Counted from the stretch's first letter, positions 13,401-26,273 are shown. The stretch: DNA of 64,000 nt from Eledone cirrhosa (GCA_964016885.1 OZ024743.1:306962001-307026000); one strand, 5' to 3'. Numbers and translations are program-made. The notes: generated by a model from the sequence alone, not told the origin.

Positions 13401-15835
13401 CCCGTCCGGGTCCCGGAAGATCGACGTTACCTCGAGATCCAGGCCTTTCCTAAACAACACTGCCACCCCACCTCCCATCCCATGCCGACTAACAAATGCA
13501 AAGATCTGATAGTCGTCGAAAATGGGGACTAGTGCGCGCGTCTCTGAAATCCTGGTCTCGCTGACGGCAATTACATCCATTTCTAGAGACCTGAAGTCGT
13601 TGAGCAGGTGCCCCTGCTTCCAGGATGATCCCAGGCCTCGAACATTTAAACTTCCTACTCTTAATATGGCCATGTTGGCAGGTTAAAAGAGAGAGAGGAA
13701 AGGTTTACTTACCTTCCGGGCTCTTGTGAAGGTCGGGTGGTTCGACCTCCATAGTTGGAGTTCTTTTAGGAACCCCTTTAAAAGTCTTGAAGTGGGTTTT
13801 ACGTTCGGGGTTCCCACATCCCGAGGAAAGCTGTCTCGTATCTCTTTGTATAAATCGAGCGACATTCGCACCAGAAACAAATCTTCCGGCACGCGAAATG
13901 TGCTCGATTTAAAAATTTCCCCCACCTTTTGTATATTTTCACTTCGTGCTACGAGGGCCATCAGTTCCTTGTTGGCCCTCCTGACGAGCACGAAGTTTTG
14001 TATGTTTTGTTGGTGTGATTTTATTTGTTTGCGTGGCTGTGGTGGTGATGGTATTGGTGGTGTTGTTTCGGTTGTCTGTGTTTGGTGTGAGTGCGGTGTC
14101 TGTGGTTTCAGATGTTTGTGTGTGTATTTGTTCTTTCGTCTGTTTAGGTTGTTTGCGTTTGGGGGATTCTGGTGATGGTGATGGTGGTGTTGATGTTGGT
14201 GTTATTGGAGAGATGTTTGCGTGGGTGGTGTCTACATTTTTTATTGTGGGTGCTTTTGTGCTTTGTTGAGTGTTTTTCTTCTTTTTGTGTTGTTTCCTTT
14301 TTTGTATTTTGGGGGATTTGGGTTTTCCCTCATCTTCACTACTGGTCGATGAGGGGTCTGTGTCTGTACGTGCGTCTGTGTGTGTGTTTATGTTTTTATT
14401 GAAGTGTGTACTTTTGGGGGGAGGGGGAATTTGACAACTTTCCTCGTTTCTCCCCTGGGTGGTCAATGTTGGTGGTGGTCTTTCTATTGGTGTTGTTGTT
14501 GGTGATTTTGCCGGTGGTGCTGGTGTTGGTTGTGGTCCTCGCCCCGGCATCGGCATCGGCAGCAGTGGAGCCCTTCGACCCCTAGCATCTTTCAGCAGTT
14601 GAGGGCAGAAGGCTCGCAAATGGGTTTTTTCCCCCACAAACAAAATAATGCGGCCCTTTGCCCTCGGTCATAATATGAATGACCGTCCCATTCTGAAGGC
14701 GGATGTGGTCCGGGATTGTCTTCTCATTCTTGGGCCTGATCTGGAGAAGGATCTCCAGGTCAACCCCGGACCAGTCCTCTCTGGTCGTTCTTGTCACTTC
14801 TATCGGGACGGTATCGGTCCCCTCCACAATCACACATCCCAGAAGCCACCACATGTCAAGTCCTGTTGGGATTCTGGGAATGCGAGGAAGGGCCGTTCTT
14901 TTCCCATGTGGGAGGGGTACTTTATGACCTTGCTGGTTTTGCAAGGAGTCATAGCGTGTTTCATAGCGAGGGCTTCTGACTTGAACAACACCGAAATGGT
15001 GCCGTACTGTCTGCCCCTCGCTATGTATTCGGTGTATTCTCTGATGCACCTCAGCGCGACTTCGACATCTGCTTGTAGGATTAAAGCTGCCCTTTTGGTT
15101 TGTGCTGAGATGCATCTATAATGCACCGTTCTGCGCTCCACTGCCTCAATAGCTTCTACCAGGACAGTTAAGTTGGCCCAGGCTTGCTCTTGCTTGATGA
15201 GCTTCCATGCCTGGGCCAACTTTTCATCTTTGTTTGAGAGGTCCATGTTGAAGCATGGCCTCTTTTTTGCTGCAGCCGCAACGAAAGTGTTCTTCTTGTT
15301 TTCGTTGGGGGTGTTGTTGTTGTCATTGTTCTTGTTGGTGTTGTTGTTATCACTGTCGCTGTTATCAGTGTTGTCTTTGGTGCCACCGTTGTTCTCGGTG
15401 CAGTTGGTATTGTTGCTGTTGGTGTTGTCGTTATTTGTTTTCATGTTAGTGGTGTTGATATTGTTATGGCATTTGTCATTTTTTCTGTTATCTGTATTTT
15501 CATTGTCGCTGTTACTGTCATTTTATTTTCAAAATTAGAGTTCTCAGTGTTGTTATCATTGCTGTCTTTGTTCACATTGTTTGTGGTGGTGTTTGCTGTA
15601 TCAATTTCTGTTAATTTCGCCGTAGCGCTCCTCTCAACTTCTACGTCGTTGTCGCATGACAGGCGAGATATTGCTGGGGAAGCGTGGCTCAGCCATGTTT
15701 TTTTTTTTTTAAATAATTTTTTTTAAATGTAAAAGAGTTCAAATATTTGGACTAAAAGGCCCAAATATTATTCTTTCCCCTTCACAGGGCTCGTCCAAGG
15801 GCTCGCATGCCTTACACAACAACAAAAAATTTAAT
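10456..15835 (-). mobile_element. L1/Tx1-clade LINE copy 1, multiply frameshifted, 3' end missing
   Basis: ORF2 pieces 13170-13673 (APE, GSLNVRG, GDWN), 12535-13116 (SDH, PGYWKLN), 11828-12580, 11429-11818 (QGCPLS, AYADD) and 10456-10821 (CPRC zinc motif). ORF1 remnants lie at 13700-15620. Confidence 0.92.
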
Positions 15836-15872
15836 AAAGTTCAGACTCAATAATAATAATAATAATAATAAT

Positions 15873-16420
15873 AAACCACCACCTCCCGTACTTGAAAAAG
15901 ATCACATCGCAATTATGTGGAACTTTAGCATCCAAACAGACCGAAAAATAGATGCAAATAGACCTGATATAATACTGAAGGACTTTAAAAGGAGGGTATG
16001 CCTGCTAATTGATATGTCCGTTCCAATAGACAAGAATGTATCTATAAAAACATTTGAAAAATTGAGCAAGTATAAAAACCTGGAGATAGAAATTGGAAAA
16101 ATGTGGAAATTGAGAACTAAGACAATACCAGCGGTTGTAGGCGCTCTAGTAATGATACCTAAGAGGTCTAATGATTACTTATCGCAAATCCCAGGAAAGC
16201 CGCGTATAGGAGAAATACAAAAGATAGTACTAATGGGAACTGCCCATATACTAAGGAAGATTCTGTCAATATAAGTAAATCACAAGTCTAAACACCTAAA
16301 GATACATGTGTGTGTATGTATGTTCTTTCTTGAACATGGCGGACCTTGTTGTCTCTTGAGGTCACTGGTTGTGACTTGGTGAAAACTCGTATGAACATAA
16401 AGCAAGATAAATGCAACTGT
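15873..16420 (+). mobile_element. 5'-truncated R4/Dong-type LINE 3' end (restriction-like endonuclease) between (AAT)n tracts
   Basis: IMWNFSIQTDRKIDANRPDIIL...LIDMSVP...EKLSKY...VVGAL is the PD-(D/E)xK RLE signature. (AAT)n lies at 15849-15872 and 16421-16438. Confidence 0.85.
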
Positions 16421-16438
16421 AATAATAATAATAATAAT

Positions 16439-19400
16439 GGTTTCTTTATTGGCCACAAGGGCTGACATCAAGAAAAACATTACAGACGGTACAGAACGGT
16501 ACAGGACGATACAAAGTGGGTTTGGGCCGTGTAAAAAAGGTTATAACAAGATAGAAATATCAAAATAATTCAAACAACAAAAAATCCCCAATAGAGGGTT
16601 ATTCGTGGCGAAATTCACACAAAAGACCACGGCCACCCTGACCACCAGGGCAAGCGCCCTCTCTCAGTTTTCCATCCTCAGTCTACAGAGCGGACCAGAC
16701 TCGCCAATTTCACCTACCTTTCAACAAACTTACTAGAAGACAGCACTTGTCTCTCCACCCTGATTTTCCTCTTCAAGTGAAATTTGAAAAAGTTAATCAG
16801 GGATCCGCCGAAGAGGAAAGTGTCCGTCTTTAATCCTTTCAACCTTTTCCACCATACAATCTCTTTCGCCATGGCCACCAGGCAGATGAAAACTGCCTGC
16901 CCTTCCTCCTCCTTAAAGGAGGACGGCGGGGCTATCTGCACAATGGACTCACTCGATAACCGGATCCGTCCTACACGTGACAGCAAATGTTCGACATAGC
17001 TCCACAAGTCAGCAATGCTCGGACACTGAACGAGTACGTGCACAACGGTTTCGTCGCTCTGCACGCCTCTCAGACAGGTTTGGCTGAAGGCAATTCCGTG
17101 CCTGTAGAGCTTATCTCGAACCTGCAACGCTCCCCGGTAGCACTGCCAGGCCAAGGATTTCTGGAAGTTATCCATAGGCCCCGGGCTGAAAGTTCTCTTG
17201 AAGAGAGCGAACAGCTGATCGTCTTCGACGCCCAGGGTCTCGCCGAGAAAGTCGTCACTCTTCCCCTCCACTAGTCCTCTATAGAACCCCTAGGTGGATG
17301 TTCCACCGATACTAGTGCCCAGCTGGTAGAAGGCTGTGAGCGCTTGGAGACATTCCAGCTTCCAAGCGCTATCCCTCGGTCTTTTCCTGATCCAGGACTG
17401 CAGCTCCGTTAATGAGACGAGCTGGGGAAAAAATACGTCTGGCAAACGGTGACCACACCTGTTCACCGCCAAGGAAGCACCAGAGATGTCAGAACCTCAG
17501 CGCGTGTTTGCGCATGATCAGCCACGGCATACCCAGCCCTCCACGCAACGGGTGTTGACAGCAGATGGATCGTCTGACCATGGGAGCACGTCCCTTCCAT
17601 AAAAAGCGGAAGAGGAGGCGCACCATTTTTGTCAGAGTTGGGCCGGGGCAAGGCACAACGGTTATGCGGTAGCAGATGACGGATGCGATAAACGCATTCG
17701 CCACCTCTGCCCGACCTTTCAGGGACAGCTTCCTCTCGACCCATTTCTGGGTGAGAGAGGCCACCCTGTTCGTCACCTCACTCCAGTGTTTCTCCATCTG
17801 GAGGTCCGTATCGAACAAGACCCCGAACAATTTAACCGGTCCTTCCGTCCAGCACCCTACGACGCTATAGGGCAGCATGGACTTGCCTCTCCCGGTGCCG
17901 AGCTGCAAGCCCACCGACTTTTTCTGGTTTAACTTTGCTCCTGTCACTGCTTCATATTCCTTGAGAGCGGTGTTAAGCTACTAGACATGTCGGGCGCTGT
18001 GACGGTGACGTCGTCGGCGTAAGCCGATACGGATCTCCCACGTCCCAGTTCGCGTGGGACGTCTCTCATCATCTCCAATTTGTGCAGTAACGGCTCTAGG
18101 GCCAATACGTACAAGAGTGACGAGAGGGGGCCAACCCTGACGGACCGAGCGCATGATGCTGAACGACTGTGATGACCGTTCACCTTCACAACTGAGCAGA
18201 TGTCGCTGTGCATCGCAGCGATCCAACCCCTGAAAATGGGCGCGAAACCAGCCTCCTCGAGGACCGTCGGCAGGTACCGATGGTCGACCCTATCAAATGC
18301 CTTAGATTGATCTAAGTTGATCAGGGCCCCACCCGTGCCAGGTTCCTTAACCACCCTCTTTATGATGTATCGCATATGGATCTGTCTGGAATGGCGCATG
18401 TCTGCGCCTCTCCTACCAGATTACCGACGACAAGCGTCAATCTCGTTGCTAGCACCTTGGCCAAAATCTTGAAATCTGTGTTTAACAGAGTTATGGGCCT
18501 GAAGTTGTCTATAACGTCCCCTTTGTTCGGGTATTTTCTCAACAGCGCCACCGCTCCTCGCCTCACAAAACTGGCAATGCTCCCGTTCTGCTGCCAGTTG
18601 CAGTAGACATCTGCCAAGAGGTCGACGAACAAGTCTTGCATATACGCATAAAGTTCGTAGGGCAGACCATCCAAACCTGGCGATTTACCCTCGGTCAGTC
18701 AGACATCGCTTCCCGTATTTCACCTGCTGTTATCGGCTTTTCACAATACTGCGCTGCGGTCGTCGAAAGCTGCGGCAGTCCGTCGAGGTATGCACTGAAG
18801 TTCATACTCCGATCTGGCCCGCCGCCGCTCCCAAACAGTTGAGCAAAGTGCTGCCGAATAGCCTCACACATCTACTCGGGTTCGAGTAACATGTGCCCGT
18901 TTTGGTCAGGCAAGGATTGAATTGTGGCTTTGTTGCCACGTCGCGCCTCCACCACCCGGGCCCATTGGACAGCTTTTGTCACCTCTTGTCTCAGAGCATG
19001 CGCTCTAGCTCTGACAACGCAGCCTTCGTGCTTTGCATTGACGAATTGGTCGAGTACCAATCTTGCCGCAAGCACGTCGGTTGCGATGCCTGTCTTAAAC
19101 GCATCTTCTAGCTTTCTAACTAACTCTCCCTCTACTCTATTTTCCTCTATCACTACTCCTTATCGATTCTACTCTAATAGCCCTTTTCGTGCTTCGGAAA
19201 TTCTGGTCTCGCTGATGCCCACCTCATCTATGTTTAGTGACCTGGGATCGTTAAGCAGATGGCCCTGCTTCCAAGATGACCCCAGTTCACGTACATTTAT
19301 ACTGCCTATTCTAAGTAAGGCCATGTTGGGTGAGGAATGGAGTAAGTGATAAAGGATCACTTACCCTGATCGTGTGGGAAAGGGACAGTCGAACCGTCCC

Positions 19401-21578
19401 TTTGGCTGGTCATGGGTGTTTCCAAGAGGATGTCGGTGTATATCCTCTTGGTAACCAACCCTCTGAAGTCTCCAACTCCGTTGGGGAATTTTTATTTTAA
19501 AAGTTTATAATGTTCTATTTTTATTTCAATAATCTTTATATTTTTCGGGAGAGTTCCTTGTGTTGGTGAGGTGTAGTAATTTTTTTCTGTGATGTATGTG
19601 TGCTGCTTTATATGTTGTAAGAGTCTTTATTTGCCATGTTTATGGCTGTGTACCTTTTGGGGGGATAGTGGTTTTGTTGCTGTTTTCTTGTTGTTGCTGT
19701 TGGGTGTGTGTGCTTTGTGTTTGCGATGTTGGTGTTTTTGGTGATGGTGGTGGTGGCGTGGTTGTTGTTGGTGGTGATGTTTGTGGTGGTGAGGGTGAGG
19801 GTGGTGATGTTGCTGGAAGTCTCCTTACAGCCTTTACCCCCTCTTTATTTGCCTTCGCTTTTGGAGTGTGAAGCTAAAGGTTTTTTTCTTTTTTCTTTTT
19901 TCTTTTTTTCTTTTTTCTTTTTTCTTTTTTCTTTTTTGTGGCAGACCGTTTGCCACCTCCCTCCCGCCTCATACTCCATACCGGATTCCGTGGCGTCTGG
20001 TAGGGGTATGAGCTCCACTGCTGTTGGTGGTGGTAGTGGAGCCCGCTCCGGCGATTTTGCCGCCGGTGTAGCTACTGCGAATGTTGGCGTTGCCGCCACT
20101 GCTGCCGCTGTTTTGGTTGTCCGTGGCCTTGGTATGGGTGCCACGGACGTTGCCCTCCTACTCACCATGAAAGGGCCTTCTGCGTTTGTTGCCTGCCCTG
20201 CTCTTGGTAGCAGCGGATCAGGCGTCGGAAGGAGGGGGCCCTCTTCTTGGCTGTCTTCTGCGGGCAGAAGGCCCTGAGGTGACCCTTCTGCCCACAGAGA
20301 TAGCATTTTGGGCGCCTTCCTTCCACGCTTATAGGGAGTTAGAGTCATTCCTCGAGGTCTATGAGGTCTGGGGTGGCCTCGATGCACTCCTGGTCAGTTT
20401 GTATTAGCATTTGCATGCCTATTCGTGACCAGTTCTCCCTTCCCATTCTCTGTATTTGCAGTACGGTGGTCTTCTCCTCGATTCCAGCAAGTAGAGACGC
20501 GGCCAGCCAAGGTATGGGCACGTCGGGCGGGACCTGGGTCACTTTGGCCCTCACAATTTTCTGCCCGCAGTAGGAGGGCACCAAGACTATCTCCTCACTC
20601 TTTAGGGTTTCTAAAGAGTGAGACTTCGCCTCTTGGGGGGTGGCGAAAAGTACGTCTACTGTGGCGTACTCTTTGCCTCGGGTGATGTGGGTTTTGCGCG
20701 CCCAGACGCACCCCAAGGCCTTTGGGATTTGAGCCTCCGTGGCTCTCTTCAACCGATGAGGCATTTTGCTTACGGAGCGGTGAGTCATCGTGCGCACTGC
20801 TGGTCTTTGAAGAAATCGGGTGGAGGTTTCAGGGAAACTCTATTGTCATATCTTGTCACCATGGCTCTTGCGACTGCCATCTCCTCCTCCGTGACTAGCA
20901 CTGTCTCTATATTTCGGGCCACACCTGCGAAAGAAGTGGCCCCTTTTTCAGCGGCACCATTATTGCTGCCGCTACTGCTGCTGCTGGTCTTGTGGTTGGT
21001 GCTGTTACTGTTGCTACTGCTACAAACGGTGTTGGTGTTATTGTTGGTTGTGTTTTTGGTGCCACCGTTGTTGTTTTCGGTGCAATTTGTATTGTTGCTG
21101 TTGGTGTTGTCGTTGTTTATTTTCTTGTTTGTGGTGTTAATATCGTTGTTGCATTTGTTGTCATTTTTTTCTGCTGTCTGTATTTTGGTTGACACTGTTA
21201 TTGTTGTAGTTGGTGTGGTAATTTTTTTTAAATTAGTGTTCTCAGTGTTGTTGTCTTTGTTCACGTTGTTTGTGATGGTGTTTGTTGCATTAATTTTACT
21301 AACCCTCTTCTCAACTTTTACGCCGTTGTCACACGACAGCAGACATATTGCTGGGAGGCGTGGCTCAGCTATGTTTTTTTTTTATTTTTAAAAGTAAAAT
21401 GTTCAAATATTGTTCAAATATTTGGGCCAAAAGGCCCAAATATTATACTTTCCAATTCACAGGGAAAAGTCCAAGGGCTTATATCCCTTACACAACAAGA
21501 AAAATTAAACAACAAATAATTATAACAGGTAAATAAAACGACTTACTGGGAGCGAGAAAAAAGACGTCCGAACAGACC
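16439..21578 (-). mobile_element. L1/Tx1-clade LINE copy 2, full-length span, decayed, most of APE deleted
   Basis: 5' end GGTCTGTTCGGACGTC..CGCTC and ORF1 remnants at 19360-21270. ORF2 starts MALLRIGSINVR and jumps after SETRISEA (~19190). RT has AYADD. The 3' end GTGGCCAATAAAGAAACC is followed by (ATT)n. Confidence 0.9.
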
Positions 21579-21785
21579 AATAATAATAATAACAAGAACA
21601 ATAACAACAATAATAATAATAATTGAAAAAAAATTATATATATATATACACACAATTACACACACATACACACACACACATATACATATCTATATATACA
21701 TATACACATACACATACATACACATACACACATACACACATACATACACATACACACACAGACATACACACACAAACCCACACAC

Positions 21786-22140
21786 GCAATAACAATTAAC
21801 GGCGCTGCTATCGAATGTGGCTTTTTAGCCCAATGATCTAAAATGTCTTGCAAAGAGTTGGCAACCAAAACATTCATTGGCTGTAGCCGGCTGTGCATGT
21901 CGTTTGAGCCCTCCTGCTGATCTACACTCTCTTCCACGTGCTTGATAGGCATGATGAGTAGCATCTCCAACAAACAGCCTGGTAGTCAACCACTGGTGTC
22001 ACTTTACTTTAGAGTCCAGCTTTGCTGAGGCAGAGTCTCGCACAGACGCTGCATGTCAGCGCCATAGGAGGACCTTCGCTGTCTGGAAATGCAACAGCAA
22101 TGCCCTTCCTCACATCACTTTTTACTTTGTCGTATGCGAT
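21786..22140 (-). mobile_element. LINE (probably RTE-type) 3' remnant with C2H2-like zinc fingers
   Basis: Minus frames give LTCSVCARLCLSKAGL, GRECRSAGGLKRH and a third decayed finger. Ends in a (TG)n-rich tract. Confidence 0.5.
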
Positions 22141-22409
22141 TCAACATACATACATATAAGGAATTGAATTAAGAATGGAGGTATATCAAGATGTGGATAA
22201 GCACAGTGTATTAATTATAATCAAACTAATCCGATGTAGCGATTGATATATGTATATGTGTACTTGTATATATAAATATATATACATGTGTGTGTCTCTT
22301 TGCATGTGTATGTGAGTGTATGTGTGTATCTGTGTGTACCTCAGTATGTGTGTCTGTCCGTTTATATATTTATATTTATGTCTGTGTTGATGTGCCGTAA
22401 AGTAGCGGT

Positions 22410-22560
22410 TCAGCCACAAAGAGATTGATGAAATAAGTACCCGACTTAATGAAAAAATAAATAAATACTGGGATCGATATGATCGACTAAAATCGCTTCA
22501 AAGAGGGGCCCCACCTGAGCCGCAGCTGAATGACTTACTACCAGTAAAAAGATAAAAGAA
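22410..22560 (+). mobile_element. SINE 3' fragment
   Basis: GATGAAATAAGTACC...AATACTGGGATCGATATGATCGACT resembles the 3' body of the SINE at 54418-54627. Confidence 0.5.
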
Positions 22561-22762
22561 TATAAAACAAAATTACCTAAATACCTGTCAATAAATCCGG
22601 TAAAAAGATAATATTTTCTTTGGCGAAGGTTGGAAAAGAAAAAAAACAAACTCATCAAGTCACCGGATTCACCGAAGCGTGAAATACTGTTGTAGTCGCC
22701 TGCACAAAATATATTTTATTGATTCAATATTTCATATTTAGTTGTGTATATATATATATATT

Positions 22763-22884
<122 letters not shown>

Positions 22885-22885
22885 T

Positions 22886-23042
22886 GGAACAAGTATGACC
22901 ACGACGGCAGAGCTCAAGCCGTTTCGACGGCTAATTCTGCCGTCGGGGTCATACTTGTTCCTATTACCCACTCTACTACCTTAAGTATTTAGTACTTTGG
23001 TTCGTTATGGTCCATCTGGTTCCTTACCACTTTTCCTTCGTT
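22886..23042 (+). mobile_element. Family A mini-element copy 2
   Basis: Arms GGAACAAGTATGACC/GGTCATACTTGTTCC with an asymmetric centre. Flanked by (GA)n and (TA)n. Confidence 0.8.
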
Positions 23043-23060
23043 ATATATATATATATATAT

Positions 23061-23230
23061 AACGAAGAAAGTGTGGTAACGCACCAGAGTACTCGATATT
23101 TAGGGTAGTAGAGTGGATAATAGGAAAAGAGTCAGGACCCCGACGGCTGAGCTCCGGCGGTTTCGACAGCTAGAGTTCAGACCTAGCTGCCGAAACGGCC
23201 GGAGCTCAGCCGTCGGTGTCTTGACCCTTT

Positions 23231-23233
<3 letters not shown>
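23061..23233 (-). mobile_element. Family A mini-element copy 3 (divergent subfamily)
   Basis: GAAACGGC-cggagctca-GCCGTC with centre AGCTAG-agttcagac-CTAGCT. (TA)n on both sides. Confidence 0.78.
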
Positions 23234-23270
<37 letters not shown>

Positions 23271-23277
<7 letters not shown>

Positions 23278-23524
23278 ATGTAATAAACAACATAAGGCAA
23301 TTATTCCATTTACCAGTGGTTTCTTAAAAGCAAAAGGTTTTGCTTTCAATCCTCAGAATGAAAAAATCCTGGTTTGTTTATTGAATTTGGATCTTAAAAA
23401 AAAAAAAGATCCAAATTCAATAAACAAACCAATTTTGCCTTATGTTGTTTATTACATAATAATAATTAAGCTCTGTTGCTTACATAGAGCACTCTTTTTT
23501 CCTGGACTTTTCCGACGGAATTAC

Positions 23525-23528
<4 letters not shown>
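23271..23528. mobile_element. Nested inverted-repeat insert in (TA)n containing a hammerhead
   Basis: Outer 30 bp inverted repeat (23271-23300 / ~23435-23464) and inner 25 bp inverted repeat around a poly-A. The 3' end resembles 25460-25530. Confidence 0.75.
23305..23362 (-). ncRNA. Type I hammerhead ribozyme motif
   Basis: Reverse complement reads TTCATT CTGAGGA TTGAAAGCAAA-acct-TTTGCTTTTAA GAA ACC-act-GGT A AATGGA: 6 bp stem I, 11 bp stem II, 3 bp stem III, GUA site. Confidence 0.88.
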
Positions 23529-23600
<72 letters not shown>

Positions 23601-23604
<4 letters not shown>

Positions 23605-23784
23605 AAAATGTATGACCCGCGATGGCAGAGCTCAAGCCGTTTCGACGGCTATTTCATAGCCGTCGAAACGGCTTGAGCTCTGCCGTCGGGGTCATACATT
23701 TTCCTATTACCCACTCTACTACTCTAAGTATTGAGTACTCTGGTGCGTTATGGCCCATCTGGTTCCTTACCACAACTCCTTCGT

Positions 23785-23786
<2 letters not shown>
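23601..23786 (+). mobile_element. Family A mini-element copy 4
   Basis: Palindrome 23601-23706 with centre GGCTAT-ttc-ATAGCC. Long (TA)n on both sides. Confidence 0.82.
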
Positions 23787-23859
<73 letters not shown>

Positions 23860-24071
23860 TTTATGTTAGGTTGTTTACCTATCAGTAGAATTGGTGGTTC
23901 TGGTTGATAAACCATGATGCAACAAATTAATTAAAGCACTCAACATTATGCAAATTATCCATCGTAGATGTGGTATCCAGTGGCTGGTGCCGGAATAGAG
24001 TAAAGAATTCATTAAAACAATAACTAAAGGCTGGACTGGAAACTTTACTTTATAATTTTAATTCCGCGAAA

Positions 24072-24144
24072 TCACTATACATATTTCGATTGCCCAGCTC
24101 CATCATCCGAATATTATGCAAGACAAAGCGTTCTCATCAGGTGT
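24072..24144 (-). ncRNA. Hammerhead-like motif with weak stems, inside a probable PLE 3' region (23858-25290)
   Basis: Reverse complement reads CAC CTGATGA ...~46 nt... GAAA TATGTATA GTG. The core is intact, stem I is 3 bp and stem II is poor. Confidence 0.55.
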
Positions 24145-25292
24145 CATTCACAGAATTACGTAACAGGATTACGTTGAACCCAAACATATAATGGAAAATA
24201 GGAAAAAGAAAATAGAAAATTGAAAATTCGATTCGGGGACCGCCTACAAATATGGTATTATATCGGTATCGAGCGGTCTCCGAATGCCACCCGATGCCAG
24301 CTTTTTGGTCTGGTAGGTGTTGTGAATGGGTTTGGTGCGGCCATGTGGTAACATATATATCCTACTTAGAGAATTCCATTCCTTAATTATAGTTGTGGCT
24401 ACACTGTCACAAAGATCTAAAGGTATTAATCTATCAGTCGTCTTTCAGACAAGTCAGTCTACCGTGACGCTACTTAAAGAGGAACATAGCTATATAAGTT
24501 TAGAGATAAAAGTAATATTGCCTAGCAAAGATTAGGGGTTAAAACACGATACTAAAATGTATAAGGTTGTAATGTTGCATTAATAATAAGACTTATAGAA
24601 AACAATAAAGTTTGCTATAACTTGTTAAATAAAGGCAGTTATCTTTTTTATATCTTTAATGCCCGGATTTACGAAAATATATTAAGGGGTTGTCAAGGGG
24701 TTGCGTGTATATGCGTGCTTGCGTTGAGTGCTAAAATTGGTGCGGTTTATGTTCGACCGGTCCGGTAGTCCAGTGTATCATTGAGAAGTCCAAAGTAAAT
24801 AGATTTCAATTGACCGAGTATATTAAAAAATGAAGGGAGGGGAAAATTGATTAATTAATTAGTCAATTTCAAGCACTCAAGGTCATAGCCAAGGTTAGTC
24901 TAAACAACGTATCACTCAAAGACCACAGGTTGCGGTCGATAGATTAACACAGCTCACCAACGCCCACATATCGACGAAAATAATACGGAGATAGACACAT
25001 AGGTAGAAAATTACATATTCCATGGTGCTATAATTTATGAGAGGGAAGATACACATAGTCAAACTTAGAAAAAATATATTCAGTTGAAGATATTGCTGAA
25101 GTTTAATTACATTAAACTAAGTTAAATTTTTAAAACCGTGGCTATTATTGAATATAGGGTTAATAATATATATATTCATTTGGCATTAGGTGAGATACAA
25201 AAAAGTAAGGAAATAATAACATGCCAAAAATATATAGAGGTGTAAAATATATGAAATGTAAATATTTAAAAAATATGAAAAAATGCAAATAA

Positions 25293-25350
<58 letters not shown>

Positions 25351-25353
25351 TGA

Positions 25354-25429
25354 ATTACCTTGTCTGATGAACGAATGCGGACGTGTCTTGTATTCGTCTT
25401 ATTCGGGAAACCTCTGGTAATGAGGTAAT
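25354..25429 (+). ncRNA. Type I hammerhead ribozyme motif in a ~180 bp insert between microsatellites
   Basis: 10 bp stem I ATTACCTTGT/ATGAGGTAAT, CTGATGA (25364-70), CGAAT..ATTCG stem II, GAA ACC-tct-GGT A. Confidence 0.88.
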
Positions 25430-25530
25430 TATACTGTATTGTTTATTATACATTAAATATTTAGCTCTGTAACTTATATAGAGCACTCTTCATTCCTCTG
25501 TCTTTTTCAATTTTCAACGGAAACTTCAAT

Positions 25531-25577
<47 letters not shown>

Positions 25578-25780
25578 AGTGGTTACACAACAGTTAGTTC
25601 ACCATACCGAGAACAATTGCTTCACCTTAGCGGATCCTCAGCTCGTAATGGACGAGGATCCGCTAAGGTGAAGCAATTGTTCTCGGTATGGTGAACTAAC
25701 TGTTGTGTAACCACTTCTACCTAACTCGTCCCATGGACTGAGTGCTCTACCACTACGGATATTACCTTCCAGTGTTCTAC

Positions 25781-25783
<3 letters not shown>
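25578..25783. mobile_element. Fold-back insert in (TA)n: perfect ~62 bp arms (25578-25715), with a hammerhead variant on the minus strand at 25607-25645
   Basis: Minus strand reads CGAG CTGAGGA TCCGCTAAGGT GAAG CAATTGTT CTCG. Homologous to 63752-63811. Confidence 0.82.
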
Positions 25784-26015
<232 letters not shown>

Positions 26016-26118
26016 TTCAAAATATTAACAAAAATAGACATTCGTGTGATCAAGTATATTTTATTATACATATTTCAGACGTACTGATCTAACTTCAACA
26101 GTACGTCCTCATCTTATT

Positions 26119-26273
26119 CTCGTCAGGTGAAAATGAATTGTCTTCAAATCCTTGATATGAGGGAGAAAATTAACGGTGTTCACTCATATGAGGGACTAAA
26201 CTCTGTGAGTGAACATCGTTAATTTTCTCCCTCATATCAAGGATTTGAAGACAATTCATTTTCACCTGACGAG
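26119..26273. repeat. ~70 bp-arm inverted repeat inside the insert 26012-26495
   Basis: CTCGTCAGGTGAAAATGAATTG...CACTCA pairs with TGAGTG...CAATTCATTTTCACCTGACGAG. Confidence 0.88.
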
